NCBI GenBank assembly: GCA_951406725.2
Contig: OX597838.1
Span: forward strand, 29,574,001 to 29,638,000
From: Octopus vulgaris
Lineage: Eukaryota
Reading direction: 5' to 3'
DNA length: 64,000 nucleotides
The translations under genes and the position numbers were made by a program. This document shows positions 53,503 through 64,000 of the stretch, piece by piece. Every line of letters starts with the position of its first letter. Within the stretch, counting starts at the first letter, position 1. The notes beneath the pieces are model-generated. The model was not told the origin of the DNA and did no database searches. It saw only the letters and a list, made by a program, of their open reading frames with translations.

Positions 53503-56500
53503 CAGATGCATACCACAAAAGTGAGACAAGAACAAAAAAAAAAAAAAAAACTTACCTGTTTCTGAGCAGAGAAAACAGTATTCATAAAGTTCATATATTG
53601 GGCTGGGTTATCTTGAGATCCTTTCATTATCTAATTTAGACAGAAAAATAATTTTAAAAAAATCTCAATGACCTCAAATAATAAATATCTCATGTTTAGG
53701 TAAAAGGTTGGCAAATTTCAGGTGAAAGAGGAAGGGTTAGTTGATACCCTCAACCTCAGTATGTCACTGGTACTTTATTCAATCCTTTAGTATTTAACCT
53801 GTTCAATGCCAACCCGGCTGAAACCGCTTCTGGCTCTGTAGTACAAAAGTTCTGAATTAAAATCTTCCACCAAACCTTAGTAACAATTTACGTTCCTAAC
53901 ACTAGCTTAATGATAACGAAGTTATTTTACTAAATTCTTTGTTATATTTAAAATTAATTGAAAGAAACACAGAGCATCTCAAAATAAATACGGTAATGAA
54001 AGGGTTAAACCAGCCATTTAAATCCAGCCCAAATATTCTATCATAAGTTCATAGTGACCAGATCTGGCTTCTCACACCAACCCTGCAATGTCATTCTAAA
54101 ACCAAACAATCACCTCATCAAAATCTCAAATGTTTAAGATAACGCTTGATTAATTCAAAACAATGTGAATGAATAAGGTTATTACATTTGGTAGAGTGAC
54201 CTGAATGCCAAAGGGTTAATTGATGCTGGACGGATAAAAAGTAAAGTTGACCGTGGCAAGATTTGAACTCTCAATGTAGAGGTAGAACACCTATAGCAAA
54301 GCAATTTTTCTGATGCTCTACCGGTTCTACCAGTTTGCTACCTTTAATGGTCTCTGATTTCAGCCCAAGGACAGCTGTTTTCAAGGGAGGAGAGTTAGGC
54401 GGTACCAATGCTCCCAGTTCTTGACCATTTTATTTTACTGACCCCTGAAGGGATGAAAAGTAATAGTGGGCTTCAGCAGGATTTCAACTGATAAACCATA
54501 AAGGACTTGAATGAATACCACCAGGTATTTTATTTTGTATTCTAAGGATTCCACCAATGCACTGAATGACACCATATCGAATGATCAGTCACATATTGAA
54601 TGTCTTTAATCATAAATCTACTCAAGATTAATCCAGAACTAAACACCAACAACCAACACTATGCCAATATTAAACGGGCGCTCCGTCGGTTATGATGACA
54701 AGGGTTCCAGTTGATCCGATCAGCGGAACAGCCTGCTCATGAAATTAACATGCAAGTGGCTGAGTACTCCACAGACACATGAAACCTTTAACGCAGTTCT
54801 CAGGGAGATTCAGCATGACACAGAATGTGACAAGGCTGGCCCCCTATTGAATTACAGGTACAATTCATTTTTGGAAGGCGGTGAGCTGTCAGAAACGCCT
54901 AGCGGTATTTCGTCTGCGTTACGTTGTGAGTTCAAATTCCGCCGAGGTCGACTTTGCCTTTCATCCTTTCGGGGTCGATAAATTAAGTACCAGTTACGCA
55001 CTGGGGTCGATGTAATCGACTTAATACCTATGTCTGTCCTTGTTTGTCCCCTCTGTGTTTAGCCCCTTGTGGGTAGTAAAGAAATAGGTACAATTCATTT
55101 TTGACAGCTGAGTGGACTGCTGAGCAACGTGAAAAATAAAGAGTCTTGCTCAAGGACACAACACGTCGGCGGGAATCGAACTCACAACCTTACAATTGTG
55201 AGCCGATTATGCTAACCACTAACCACTCAAGACTAATCCAAGACAAACACAACAACCAGCACTGTGCTGGTATTACAGAATTAAGAATGTCGTTTTTAAA
55301 GACTCACCAGGATCCGACTGGAAAGTTTATCTCCAAGATGCAGCTCCTTCTCCATTCGGTTGATGACTTTTCCCAGGAAAAATTAATTAAGGTAAAAATA
55401 CATTTTCTTTTATTCTTTTACAGACACAGTAACATAAGGTTGTTTTCCTACCTGGCCAGCCACCTGTGAACCACCCTGCCCATGCATGCACGGAAGATGG
55501 ACGTTAAACAACGATGGTATATACTCTCTTACTTGTTTCAGTCATTTTGACCGCGGCCATGCTGGAGCACCGCCTTTAGTTGAACAAATTGACCCCCAGG
55601 ACTTATTCTTTGTAAGCCTAGTACTTATTCTATCGGTCTCTTTTGCCGAATCGCTAAGTTACAGGGACATAAACACACCAGCATCAGTTGTCAAGCGATG
55701 GTGGAGGGAACAAACACAGACACACAAGCATACACATATACACACACACATACACAAACATATACACACACACACAAACACATATGCACAAACATATATA
55801 CACGATGGGCTTCTTTCAGTTTCTGTCTACTAAATCCATTCACAAGGCTTTGGTCGGCCCTAGGCTATAGTAGAAGACACTTGCCCAAGGTGCCACGCAG
55901 TGGGACTGAACCCAGAACCATGTGGTTGGTAAGCAAGCTACTTACCACACAGCCACTCCTATATATTCTATGATTATTTCATATACCACATCTAATGTTC
56001 CCCATTGTATCAGTTTTATCATGAAAACAGCGTGAATAAATAAGCATCACATTTGATAGAGAGTAATTTGAATGCCTGATAGGGTTAATTGATCGTGGAG
56101 GGGTTAAAAACCAAAGTTAACCAGGGCAAAATTTGAACTCTCAATGCAGAGGTAGAACAATTATGGCAAAGTTCAGTTGATCAATGCTTTGTTTATTTAG
56201 CTCTGTCCTCAAGTTCAAATCTTTGTCAGGTCACCTTTGTCTCCTAGGCTTCTTCAAACCAGAGGTTGCAGGTAAAATTCATCATCTTAGTGATGTTTAC
56301 CCTCAGACAATGGATGAGGATGTAAGCCCCAATATCATTAATATCCCTGAGAGGAGCATTGACCCTTATATTTAAACAGGGTAAGCATCAGGTTGTCAGG
56401 CAACTGTTTTCCTCCTTATGGCCAGGACTCTGTCAATTCTGAAGTAAATCCATAGTGATAACAATAATAATAATAATAATATAATCAAATCGAAATCGAT

Positions 56501-57791
56501 CAACATCAATGGGAATTGTAGCTGTGATACCAGTGCCGGTGACACGTAAGTGAACCATCCGAACGTGGCCATTGCCAGCGCCGCCCCCGACGGGCCTCCA
56601 GTGGCACGTAGAAAGCACCATCTGATTGTGGCTAGTACCAGCCTTGCCTGGCCCCCGTGCCAGTGGAAAGTAAAAAGCACCATCCGATCGTGGCCGTTGC
56701 CAGCCTCGCCTGGCCCCTGTGCCAGTGGCACGTAAAAGCACCATCCGATCTTGGCCGTTGCCAGCCTTGCCTGGCCCCCGTGACAGTGGCACGTAAAAAG
56801 CACCATCCAACCGTGACCGTTTGCCAGCCCCGTCTGGCACCTGTGCCGGTGGCACATAAAAAGCACCCACTACACTCACGGAGTGGTTAGCGTTTTGTAG
56901 TGGTTGGGGTGACGACCAGAAAATGATGGAGAGATGGTGGTAATTAAATGGAACGATGATGATGATGTGGATAACACAACTAGCACAGACAAAGGCATCA
57001 TTGCCAGATCAGACTGGGCCTGGTGCAGCCTTCTGGCTTCCCAGACCCCAGTTGAACCGTCCAACCCATGCTAGCATGGAAAGCAGACGCTAAATGATGA
57101 TGATGATGATGATGAATATGAAGTGGAAAGGATACAGCAAAGTGCCATGCCAATGGAACCAGCAACTACACTGTCAGAATAAAGTTGGCCAACCTCTTCT
57201 GAAAAAAAGAATGAAAACAAGTTTAGTATTCATAATGTTGTTGTTGTTGTTGGTGGTGGTGTTTGTTGGATAATCTGTTGTTTCTATTTTCTACTTATAA
57301 ATGTTTAACATTTATCTATAATAATAAACATGAAGTTTTGTCTGTCCGTCTGTCCATCCAGGACCCCTATATCCCAGTCAACATTTACTCTATTACTCGT
57401 TTTAGTCATTTCAGTATTGAACTATTCCGGTGAAAAATATTTATATTTATATTTTTCACCGGAATAGTTCAATACTGAATTTTTATTCGAATAGACAATT
57501 TGTTACCGAAATGCATTGCGAATAAGCCCGCCATTTTCATAGATATGTAAAGATAAACATTCGGACATGCTACGACGAATTCTACGGTTGTCGAGCTTGT
57601 AATGTTATGTTTTCTCTTATATTTCTTGAGTTTGTTGCACTGATGAACATAAAATGCATATTCTGCATTTAAATGCGACATGTGATATGTAACATTCATG
57701 TGTTTTGAAGTTTTGCATTCGGTAAATTTTGTTTATTTTTAGTAGTTTTGACATTGGTCCCTCAGCGTGTTGGTACACGAATAGTAGTACC

Positions 57792-57842
<51 letters not shown>

Positions 57843-60800
57843 CGACAGGCTTCTTTCAGTTTCCGTCTACCAAATCCACTCACAAGGCATTGGTCGGCCC
57901 GGGACTATAGCAGAAGACACTTGCCCAAGATGCCACGCAGTGGGACTGAACCTGGAACCATGTGGTTGGTTAGCAAGCTACTTACCACACAGCCACTCCT
58001 GCGCCTATATAGACATATTATACATTTTTGGAATCAGGATGATCCCAGAGTTGAAAATCTGCCCTTCATTTGGTTCTTGAACATCCAACATAGGGGTCAG
58101 GTCTGGATGAGGATCTGTTACATGCTAACAGTTGAAAAATCAAATTCATGAACTTACAAGTTTTTCATTTAAACTGATTTTAAGGTAAAACCACATTGGT
58201 AGGGGACCAATAAGTGCTTTATTGTTATTGCTGACTAGTTGATGTTAAGCAACAAGACAGGTAAGGGTGATTAGGTGATGGTCTAGGGCTTAGGGGCGGG
58301 AGACCCCAGACCTTGGAAAAAAAAAAAAAAAAACTTTGGTCGTCTTGTTGTAGTCAAGGGCTCTTTATTGACGCCTGACACCACCGGGAGGTGGCCCTCG
58401 AAGTCGCTGGAAATGGAGATCTCCAGGTCCAAATTCTTGAACGGCTGCTGACTAGTTTGGGGCCACAGGCTCATTTAGCCCTCTGCAGGAGCTGGCTTAA
58501 AAGTTTGCATGACGTGCAGCTTTTAAGCTAGCAATCAAACAAGATTCTGAAAACGTCCTGTAGACTGGATGCTAGCAAAAGGATGCTGTTTAAAGAACAG
58601 CATCATGCAACGTTGATACGAAAGCAAAGGATGTTGTATCGAGAACATAACCCACAGTCAACACTGAATGATGTCGTATCAACAACAGCATCATGACAAT
58701 GTCAATATTAAAGGTTTTTGGTGTTAGGGTCCCAACTAAAGGAACTTGTCTCTTTACAGCCTGTGTGGAGCCAATATTGAAGGCCCTTGTAATTCACACC
58801 ATCACACAATGGTACTCAATGGCCTTGTACACTTTGTATCCATACATCATTATGGAACCAATGATGTTTATTGCTAACGAAACAGCTGTTGAGCACAAAT
58901 TATGAAGTATATATGAAATCTATGCTTTACTTCTTTCACTCATTAGACTGTGGCCATGCTGGGACACTACCTTGGAGAATTTCAGTCAAACAAATCGACC
59001 CAAGTACTTATTTTTCTTAAGCCTGCTACTTATTCTATCAGTATATTTTTGATGAACTGCTAGGTCACAAGGATGTAAACACACCCACACTGGTTGTCAA
59101 GTGGTGGCAGGTGACAAACAGACACAATCACACATACACACACACAACAGGCTTCTTTCAATTTTTATCTACCAAATCCACTCACAAGGTTTTGGTCAGC
59201 CCAATGCTGTAGTAGAAGACAATTGCCCAAGATGCTATGCAGTGGGATTGAACTTGGAATCATGTGGTTGGGAAGCAAGCTTCTTACCACACAACCATGC
59301 CTGCTTCTCTGCTTTTTATTCTAAATATGTTGTTTTACAAAAGCAAAATTTGAGGACCATGTTCCATGATCATGATGTAACCAACGTCCAAAAACATTGG
59401 TGGTGAACAGTGGAGGCTGGTATGCAGGGGCAACAACTGGTCTTCCATAAACAACCCTGCCCAGATTTGTGCCTCAAAGGGTAACTTCCTAGGTGCAATC
59501 TCATGGTCATTCATGACTGAGGAGGGGTTCTTTTTTTCTTAATGTGTTTATCATATAAAAATTGATGTGACAATCTATGAAATTCAGAAGCAGTTTTTCC
59601 AGTCCTTTAAGTAACATATTAGCAAGATCAGTTACGGGCTGCTTTGAACGCTTACCATTTTCTATAACCAAAGTCAAATTTTGGCTGATTTCAATGCCAA
59701 AAGGATAAAACACAGGAAAGCCATGGGTAGCCTCTTGACAAATGCACTTGCCAGGGGCAGTAGGGGTGAAGGGTTACAAGCCATTGATCCTTTATGCCTG
59801 TAACTTTACTGCCCTATCAACTTAGTTTTAAAATGTTCAGAATTGGAGTTCAAGACCTTAATATCTTGTCATAGGGATTAATTTGGTCTCATTGGAAATT
59901 TAAAAAAATAAATAAATAAATTCCAGGGGAGATAATTTCGCTAATGCACCACTGTCGATGTTGTGAATAAAAAGATCGAAAACTATCGGCGAAAGTAAAG
60001 AATATGTACACCCGGTGTTTAGGGCTTTTGTTATGCTGAAAATGGGTGGTGTACATATTCTTTACGGCCACCAAACTATTTATACACATACACATGGTCA
60101 CACACAGAGCTTGGTTTAAAGAAATCGAACCCCAAAGACATAAAAACAAAACAAATCTACTCTTATTAATGGGCCTCAGCTAAACATAGAGGACTGGAAT
60201 GAAATGATGGGGCAAAGGAGTTTGGATGCAGATGACTGGGCATCCAACATGTTTCAGCAAGATGTATTTATTTGGTGTCGGAGGCAAACATACATGTCTA
60301 CACATACACAGTACGTTTCGGCTGATATACACTCCAGCCTTCATCAGGTGTCTTGAGGAAATTTCGAACCTGAGTTCTCATTCCTAAGGTATTTTTCGAT
60401 GTTGTTATTATTCAGGTCACTGCTTGGAATTGAACTCAGAATCTTGGGATTAGTAGCCTGTGCTCTTAACCACTAAGCCATATGCCTGTGGGCAACTATG
60501 GAGTTAATTTTAGGGCTTATAAAACTAATATTTTCCTATCCTTCCTTAATACCGGCTCCCATATGCTGCTCATATCTGCACTCAGTCTGCTTAGACAGTT
60601 GTTGTGCCCTAACATATGTGCTGCTCTTTTTGGTTTGTGTATTTTCCAGTGGTGTTCTCTGTTTATTATTTTAACTTCATCCCACAGGGGGGAGGTGGGG
60701 TGGGGTCAAATGTAAATAATACCCCAATTTACTATTTTGTTATGTGGACTCTGAGGAACTATATGGACCTCAGTTGAGGCCCACTAATGCGGACCCAACC

Positions 60801-63754
60801 ACATCTGGCCTAAATATTATAACTGCTTTATGTCCAAACTGGCCAAATCAAGCCTCTCACACCTATCCTACAATGTCACTCTAAAAATAAAACAATCATA
60901 TCATTGAAATGTAAAGGCTACAAGATAATGCATGACTAACTCATATCGATGTGAATAAACAAGCATGACAGTCGACAGAATAATCAGAAGGCCAAACGTC
61001 AAACATACGGTCAACCATAAGATTTTTTAACTGTTCGGTTATTTGGTCATCAACCTGGGCAAAAAGTTCATAACGGCCATCATTCAGTGGTCGAGGAGGA
61101 ACATTAGCCGCTGTGGTGGTGCCGTTCTCTTCGGTTACCTCATTGGTTACCACTTTTGGTTCCTCTTCTTTGCCCTTTGGGTACAGGAAGTAGCTGAAAG
61201 AAAACAAGCTTTATAAATAAACATTTATAATACATGTATGCAAGCACACAGGAAATATATATATATATACATACATGTAAATATACACTCTCTGACCAAA
61301 TTTTGGTCGGCTGTGTCAAGAAATGGCATTTTGCTTTGGAACTGAGATGCTTTGAAATGTTTAATTCTTACATATATTCCCCTGATGAAAACGGTTTTTC
61401 TGCATGATGTAATAATTCTATTCATCAATAAAAAAAACACTTCTGAAACAGCTGTAGTGAACAACAACCCATCTGTTGTTATTTGTTTATAAATATACAT
61501 ACATATGTGTGTGTGTGTGTGTATGGTCATTGTGTTATAAGCATTATATAGGTGTAGGAGTGGCTGTGTGGTAAGTAGCTTGCTTACCAACCACATGGTC
61601 CCGGGTTCAGTCTCGCTGCGTGGCACCTTGGGCAAGTGTTTTCTACTATAGCCTTGGGCCGACCAAAGCCTTGTGAGTGGATTTGGTAGACGGAAACTGA
61701 AAGAAGTCCGTCGTATATGTATATATATGTGCATGTTTGTCCCCCCAACATCGTTTGACAACCGATGCTGGTGTGTTCATGTCCTCGTAACTTAGCGGTT
61801 CAGCAAAAGAGACCGATAGAATAAGTACTAGGCTTATAAAGAATAAGTCCTGGGGTCAATTTGCTCGACTAAAAGGCGGTGCTCCAGCATGGCCACAGTC
61901 AAATGACTGAAACAAGTAAAAGAGAGTAAAAGAGTATATAATGCACATGACAATATCTTTCTTGTCATCCATGTTTTGAAACAACTGTAAAGCACAGAAT
62001 AACTTTAATACCAGCTACTCCATTCTTCATTTATTATTTATGTGTATGACATTGTCCACCTGTTCCAGCATGAGATCTTATGTGGCTTTTTAGATCAGAC
62101 ATACTTTTAAAAAGATGTCCTCATATATTGCACACAAAGTGGTGTCTGATCTTGATGAACTTTGAAATGCTTCCTCAGATTCTTCAGATCTCTTTGAGAT
62201 TGGCAAGGGAAACAGGTAGGTATGTTCTAGCACCCACTATGTTCCCTTAAGCACTCCCCACACCTAATCCTCTTAAAACCCATCCCCCCTTATCACTCTT
62301 CTAACTACGGCATTACTCTGCTGCTGCAATTACTTGAGAACAGAACTGGCACACATTCACCCCCAACTTCTTTTTGCATTACCAGCTGGCCCCTTCTGCC
62401 CTCACTGGAACTGCTTCCTATTAAGTCAACCCTTCCCACACTTTTATTTACTGATCACTGATTTTTAGTTATCTCTGAGCTAGACCGTTCTTGGGAAAAT
62501 GAGCCAAAGTAATAAAAGATAGAATGATGACGTCCGAACCAACCTTTGGTTGCTGTGTGCTGCGATGATGGCCAATTTGTTTGCTGGTTTCATCATGAGA
62601 TGGGAGTTGGCAAAAACCAACATGCTGTCTAAATACCGGAATATATTAAACTGTAAAGAAACAAAAACATAATTAATTAATTACGAACAGCATTTGTCAA
62701 TCCCTGTGACTCAAATTTGTTACTTCATTAATAATTATTATCATCATCATCATTTAGCATCTGCTTGCCATGCTGGCAATGGTTGGACAGTTTGGCTGAC
62801 ACTGGTAAGCTGCACCAGATTGCAATCTGATTTGATATGGTTTCTACTGCTGGATGCCCTTCCTAACGCCAACGACTCCAAGAGTGTAGTGGGTGCTTTT
62901 TACATGTCACCAGCATTTGCCATGACTACCGTTTCACTTGGTTTGGGGAGTCTTCACAAGCACAGCATATTGCCAAAGGTTTTGGTCATTTACCATTGCC
63001 TCCATGAGGCCCAACATTCAAAGGGTGCTCTTAACATGCCACTGGCACAGGTGCCTATTATGTGACACCGGCATGGACCACAACTATGGTTTCACATAGC
63101 TTCATGAGTCTTCTCAAGCACAGCATATCACCAAAGGCTTCAGTCACTTCTGATTGCTTCTGTGAGGCCCAATGTTCATAAAAATATTGATTTCAAATTT
63201 TGGCACAAGGCCATCAATTTCGGAGGAGTGGGTAAGTCAATTACGCTGACCCTAGTACACAACTGGTACTTATTTTTATTGCCCCCACCCCCAAGAATGA
63301 AGGACAAAATCAAACTTGGTGGAATTCCAGACATAAAAGTAATGATTTAAAGAATTTGAGAGAAAGAAGGACCAGCAGGTATTCTGAAATGGAATTGGTA
63401 ACAAAGTGGCCCAAGAAGTGATGGCTATATGGTGCAGAACTTGTCAGTAGACCTGATAATAACTCTGTTTGCCAGCAAATGAGGCACCTGTTTTTCACCT
63501 GCAAAACGTAAACAATTCAGAAACAATGTCTGGTCCTGAATGCTTGCAACAGCCTGGGCCCCTGTACTAAAGACCCCCTAAAGGGCCTAAAGATGCATTT
63601 ACACTGATTGAAGAGATTAGGTCAATTAGCTGAAATACACTAAGGTATAAGGAAGCCAGTTTTTTTCTCACCTGTGAGTTTTCTTCAAGAAAACACTGAC
63701 CCCACCATACTGGGTCGGTATCAATAATGACAACCAACAAACTGCATTCAATTT
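46088..63754 (-). CDS. GTF2H3: General transcription factor IIH subunit 3 (p34/Tfb4), 11 coding exons in window; the 5' exon is outside the window
   Basis: complement(join(46088..46154,47846..47882,49373..49508,51054..51122,52174..52227,53556..53630,55308..55366,57136..57198,61009..61193,62544..62650,63672..63754)) splices in frame. It gives the vWA-like motifs [58 protein letters not shown] and [12 protein letters not shown], and the zinc finger [37 protein letters not shown]. Confidence 0.96.
47846..47882 (-). CDS. GTF2H3: GTF2H3 37-nt exon ([13 protein letters not shown])
   Basis: ctatttccag|TT TTC TGT...TGT CA|gtaagt. Confidence 0.94.
48583..48811. mobile_element. Tc1/mariner-type MITE
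   Basis: ~38-bp imperfect TIRs (cagggctggccaaaagtcacc..agtaaatcaaaac / gttttgatttactg..ggtgacttttggccaaacctg), with TA on the left. Confidence 0.7.
49373..49508 (-). CDS. GTF2H3: GTF2H3 exon (CVFLPD...[25 protein letters not shown])
   Basis: ttgtctag|TGC...TCA A|gtaagt; encodes the zinc-finger cysteines. Confidence 0.96.
50075..50950 (+). repeat. Minisatellite of ~7 x ~120-bp units derived from an RTE LINE C-terminal coding segment
   Basis: Repeating ggtggaccaagaatgagagggttggataatg...ttgcttctg.taagac.ttatggagga; one unit translates as [14 protein letters not shown]...ASDKILWRR. Confidence 0.8.
51054..51122 (-). CDS. GTF2H3: GTF2H3 exon ([23 protein letters not shown])
   Basis: ctatccacag|GCG...CTG|gtatgt. 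Confidence 0.95.
51683..52090 (+). mobile_element. tRNA-derived SINE (family A) with internal microsatellite
   Basis: Head ggcgcaggagtggctgtgtggtaag..ggttcagtcc and tail tgactgaaacaagtaaaagagta. Other copies at ~61550-61935(+), 55520-55960(-), 57840-58007(-), 58925-59305(-), 26890-27308(+) and 25675-26075(+). Confidence 0.85.
52174..52227 (-). CDS. GTF2H3: GTF2H3 exon ([18 protein letters not shown])
   Basis: actttcag|AAT...CAG|gtaggt. Confidence 0.94.
53556..53630 (-). CDS. GTF2H3: GTF2H3 exon ([25 protein letters not shown])
   Basis: aaattag|ATA...CAG|gtaagt; contains the QYMNFMN signature. Confidence 0.95.
55308..55366 (-). CDS. GTF2H3: GTF2H3 exon ([19 protein letters not shown])
   Basis: gggaaaag|TC ATC AAC CGA...CTG|gtgagt; matches human IHRMNKE...KSRIL. 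Confidence 0.92.
55367..57135 (-). other. U12-type (minor spliceosome) GT-AG intron of GTF2H3
   Basis: 5' splice site GTATCCTTT (57127-57135); branch-like TACCTTAAT (55386-55394) ~20 nt before a purine-rich AAG acceptor. Confidence 0.88.
57136..57198 (-). CDS. GTF2H3: GTF2H3 exon ([20 protein letters not shown])
   Basis: tttttttcag|AA GAG...TGC T|gtatccttt (U12-type donor). Confidence 0.92.
58241..58445 (-). mobile_element. Short retroposed element with 12-bp TSD (second copy at ~8658-8855, + strand, inside a SINE)
   Basis: Flanked by tgctgactagtt at 58229-58240 and 58446-58457. Confidence 0.75.
60311..60352 (-). ncRNA. Hammerhead core in a dispersed repeat (second copy at ~18294-18337 has a G>A core change)
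   Basis: ACAC-CUGAUGA-A-GGCUG...CAGCC-GAAAC-GUA on the minus strand. Confidence 0.6.
61009..61193 (-). CDS. GTF2H3: GTF2H3 exon ([11 protein letters not shown]...DGRYELF...LKNLMVD)
   Basis: ttctttcag|C TAC TTC...GAC C|gtatgt; FLYP and DG.YEL motifs; phase fits both neighbouring exons. Confidence 0.92.
61377..61461 (+). ncRNA. Degenerate hammerhead motif (Penelope-like remnant)
   Basis: UUCCC-CUGAUGA...GAAAC-AGCU-GUA-GUGAA; stem II is eroded. Confidence 0.45.
62544..62650 (-). CDS. GTF2H3: GTF2H3 exon ([36 protein letters not shown])
   Basis: ttctttacag|TTT...AG|gttggt; NSHL and NKLA motifs. Confidence 0.93.
63672..63754 (-). CDS. GTF2H3: GTF2H3 exon ([27 protein letters not shown])
   Basis: ttcttatag|AA ATT...CAG|gtgag; matches the human LLVIVVDANPIWWG region. 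Confidence 0.92.
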
Positions 63755-64000
63755 CTATAAGAAAATAAGGAAAAAAAATAGAGTGGCCATTAAAAGAGTG
63801 AAATGAGAATGAGAGACGATAAAACAAATTCACATCATAAGATACTGAAGAGGTATGGAAACATTCATACACACACCCGTGCCGGTGGCACGTAAAAAGC
63901 ACCCACTACTCTCGGAGTGGTTGGCGTTAGGAAGGACATCCAGCTGTAGAAACTGCCAGATCAAGAGTGCAGCCATCTGGTTCGCCAGCCCTCAGTCAAA

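Noticed and set aside
56530-56870. Regularly spaced gtggcacgtaaaaagcaccatcc repeats resembling a CRISPR array
   Set aside because: The spacers are similar to one another, the context is eukaryotic and there are no cas genes; these are internal subrepeats of SINE family C.
60941-61008. C-terminal part of ORF 60941-61207 ([10 protein letters not shown]...)
   Set aside because: It is read-through into the intron past the gtatgt donor; homology continues in the exon at 57136-57198.

Overview
This is a eukaryotic, AT-rich, microsatellite- and SINE-dense animal genomic window. The repeat repertoire and intron-rich layout look like an octopus/coleoid cephalopod genome (inference from recalled repeat sequences). 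Two spliced genes can be reconstructed by hand with in-phase GT-AG junctions and face each other convergently. (1) A complete 3-exon vitamin K epoxide reductase gene, VKORC1-like, on the + strand (27978-35357, 167 aa). (2) Eleven coding exons of TFIIH subunit 3, GTF2H3/p34/Tfb4, on the - strand (63754 down to 46088); its first exon lies beyond the window end. Notable details: a U12-type minor intron in GTF2H3; a 1.58-kb tandem duplication giving GTF2H3 two intact terminal exons; a Ser at the normally conserved Asn80-equivalent position of VKOR; and an ~830-nt AG-free polypyrimidine zone before VKOR exon 3. Several type I hammerhead ribozyme motifs are present, one apparently intact at 42-129. 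Other elements include RLE-type non-LTR retroelement fragments sitting in (TAA)n tracts, composite piggyBac-like MITE arrays, non-autonomous Helitrons, maT/mariner, RTE and CR1 remnants, and several near-perfect hairpins. Nearly all ORFs in the supplied track are microsatellite or SINE artefacts. I see no clearly new multi-gene system; the most promising leads are listed as findings.
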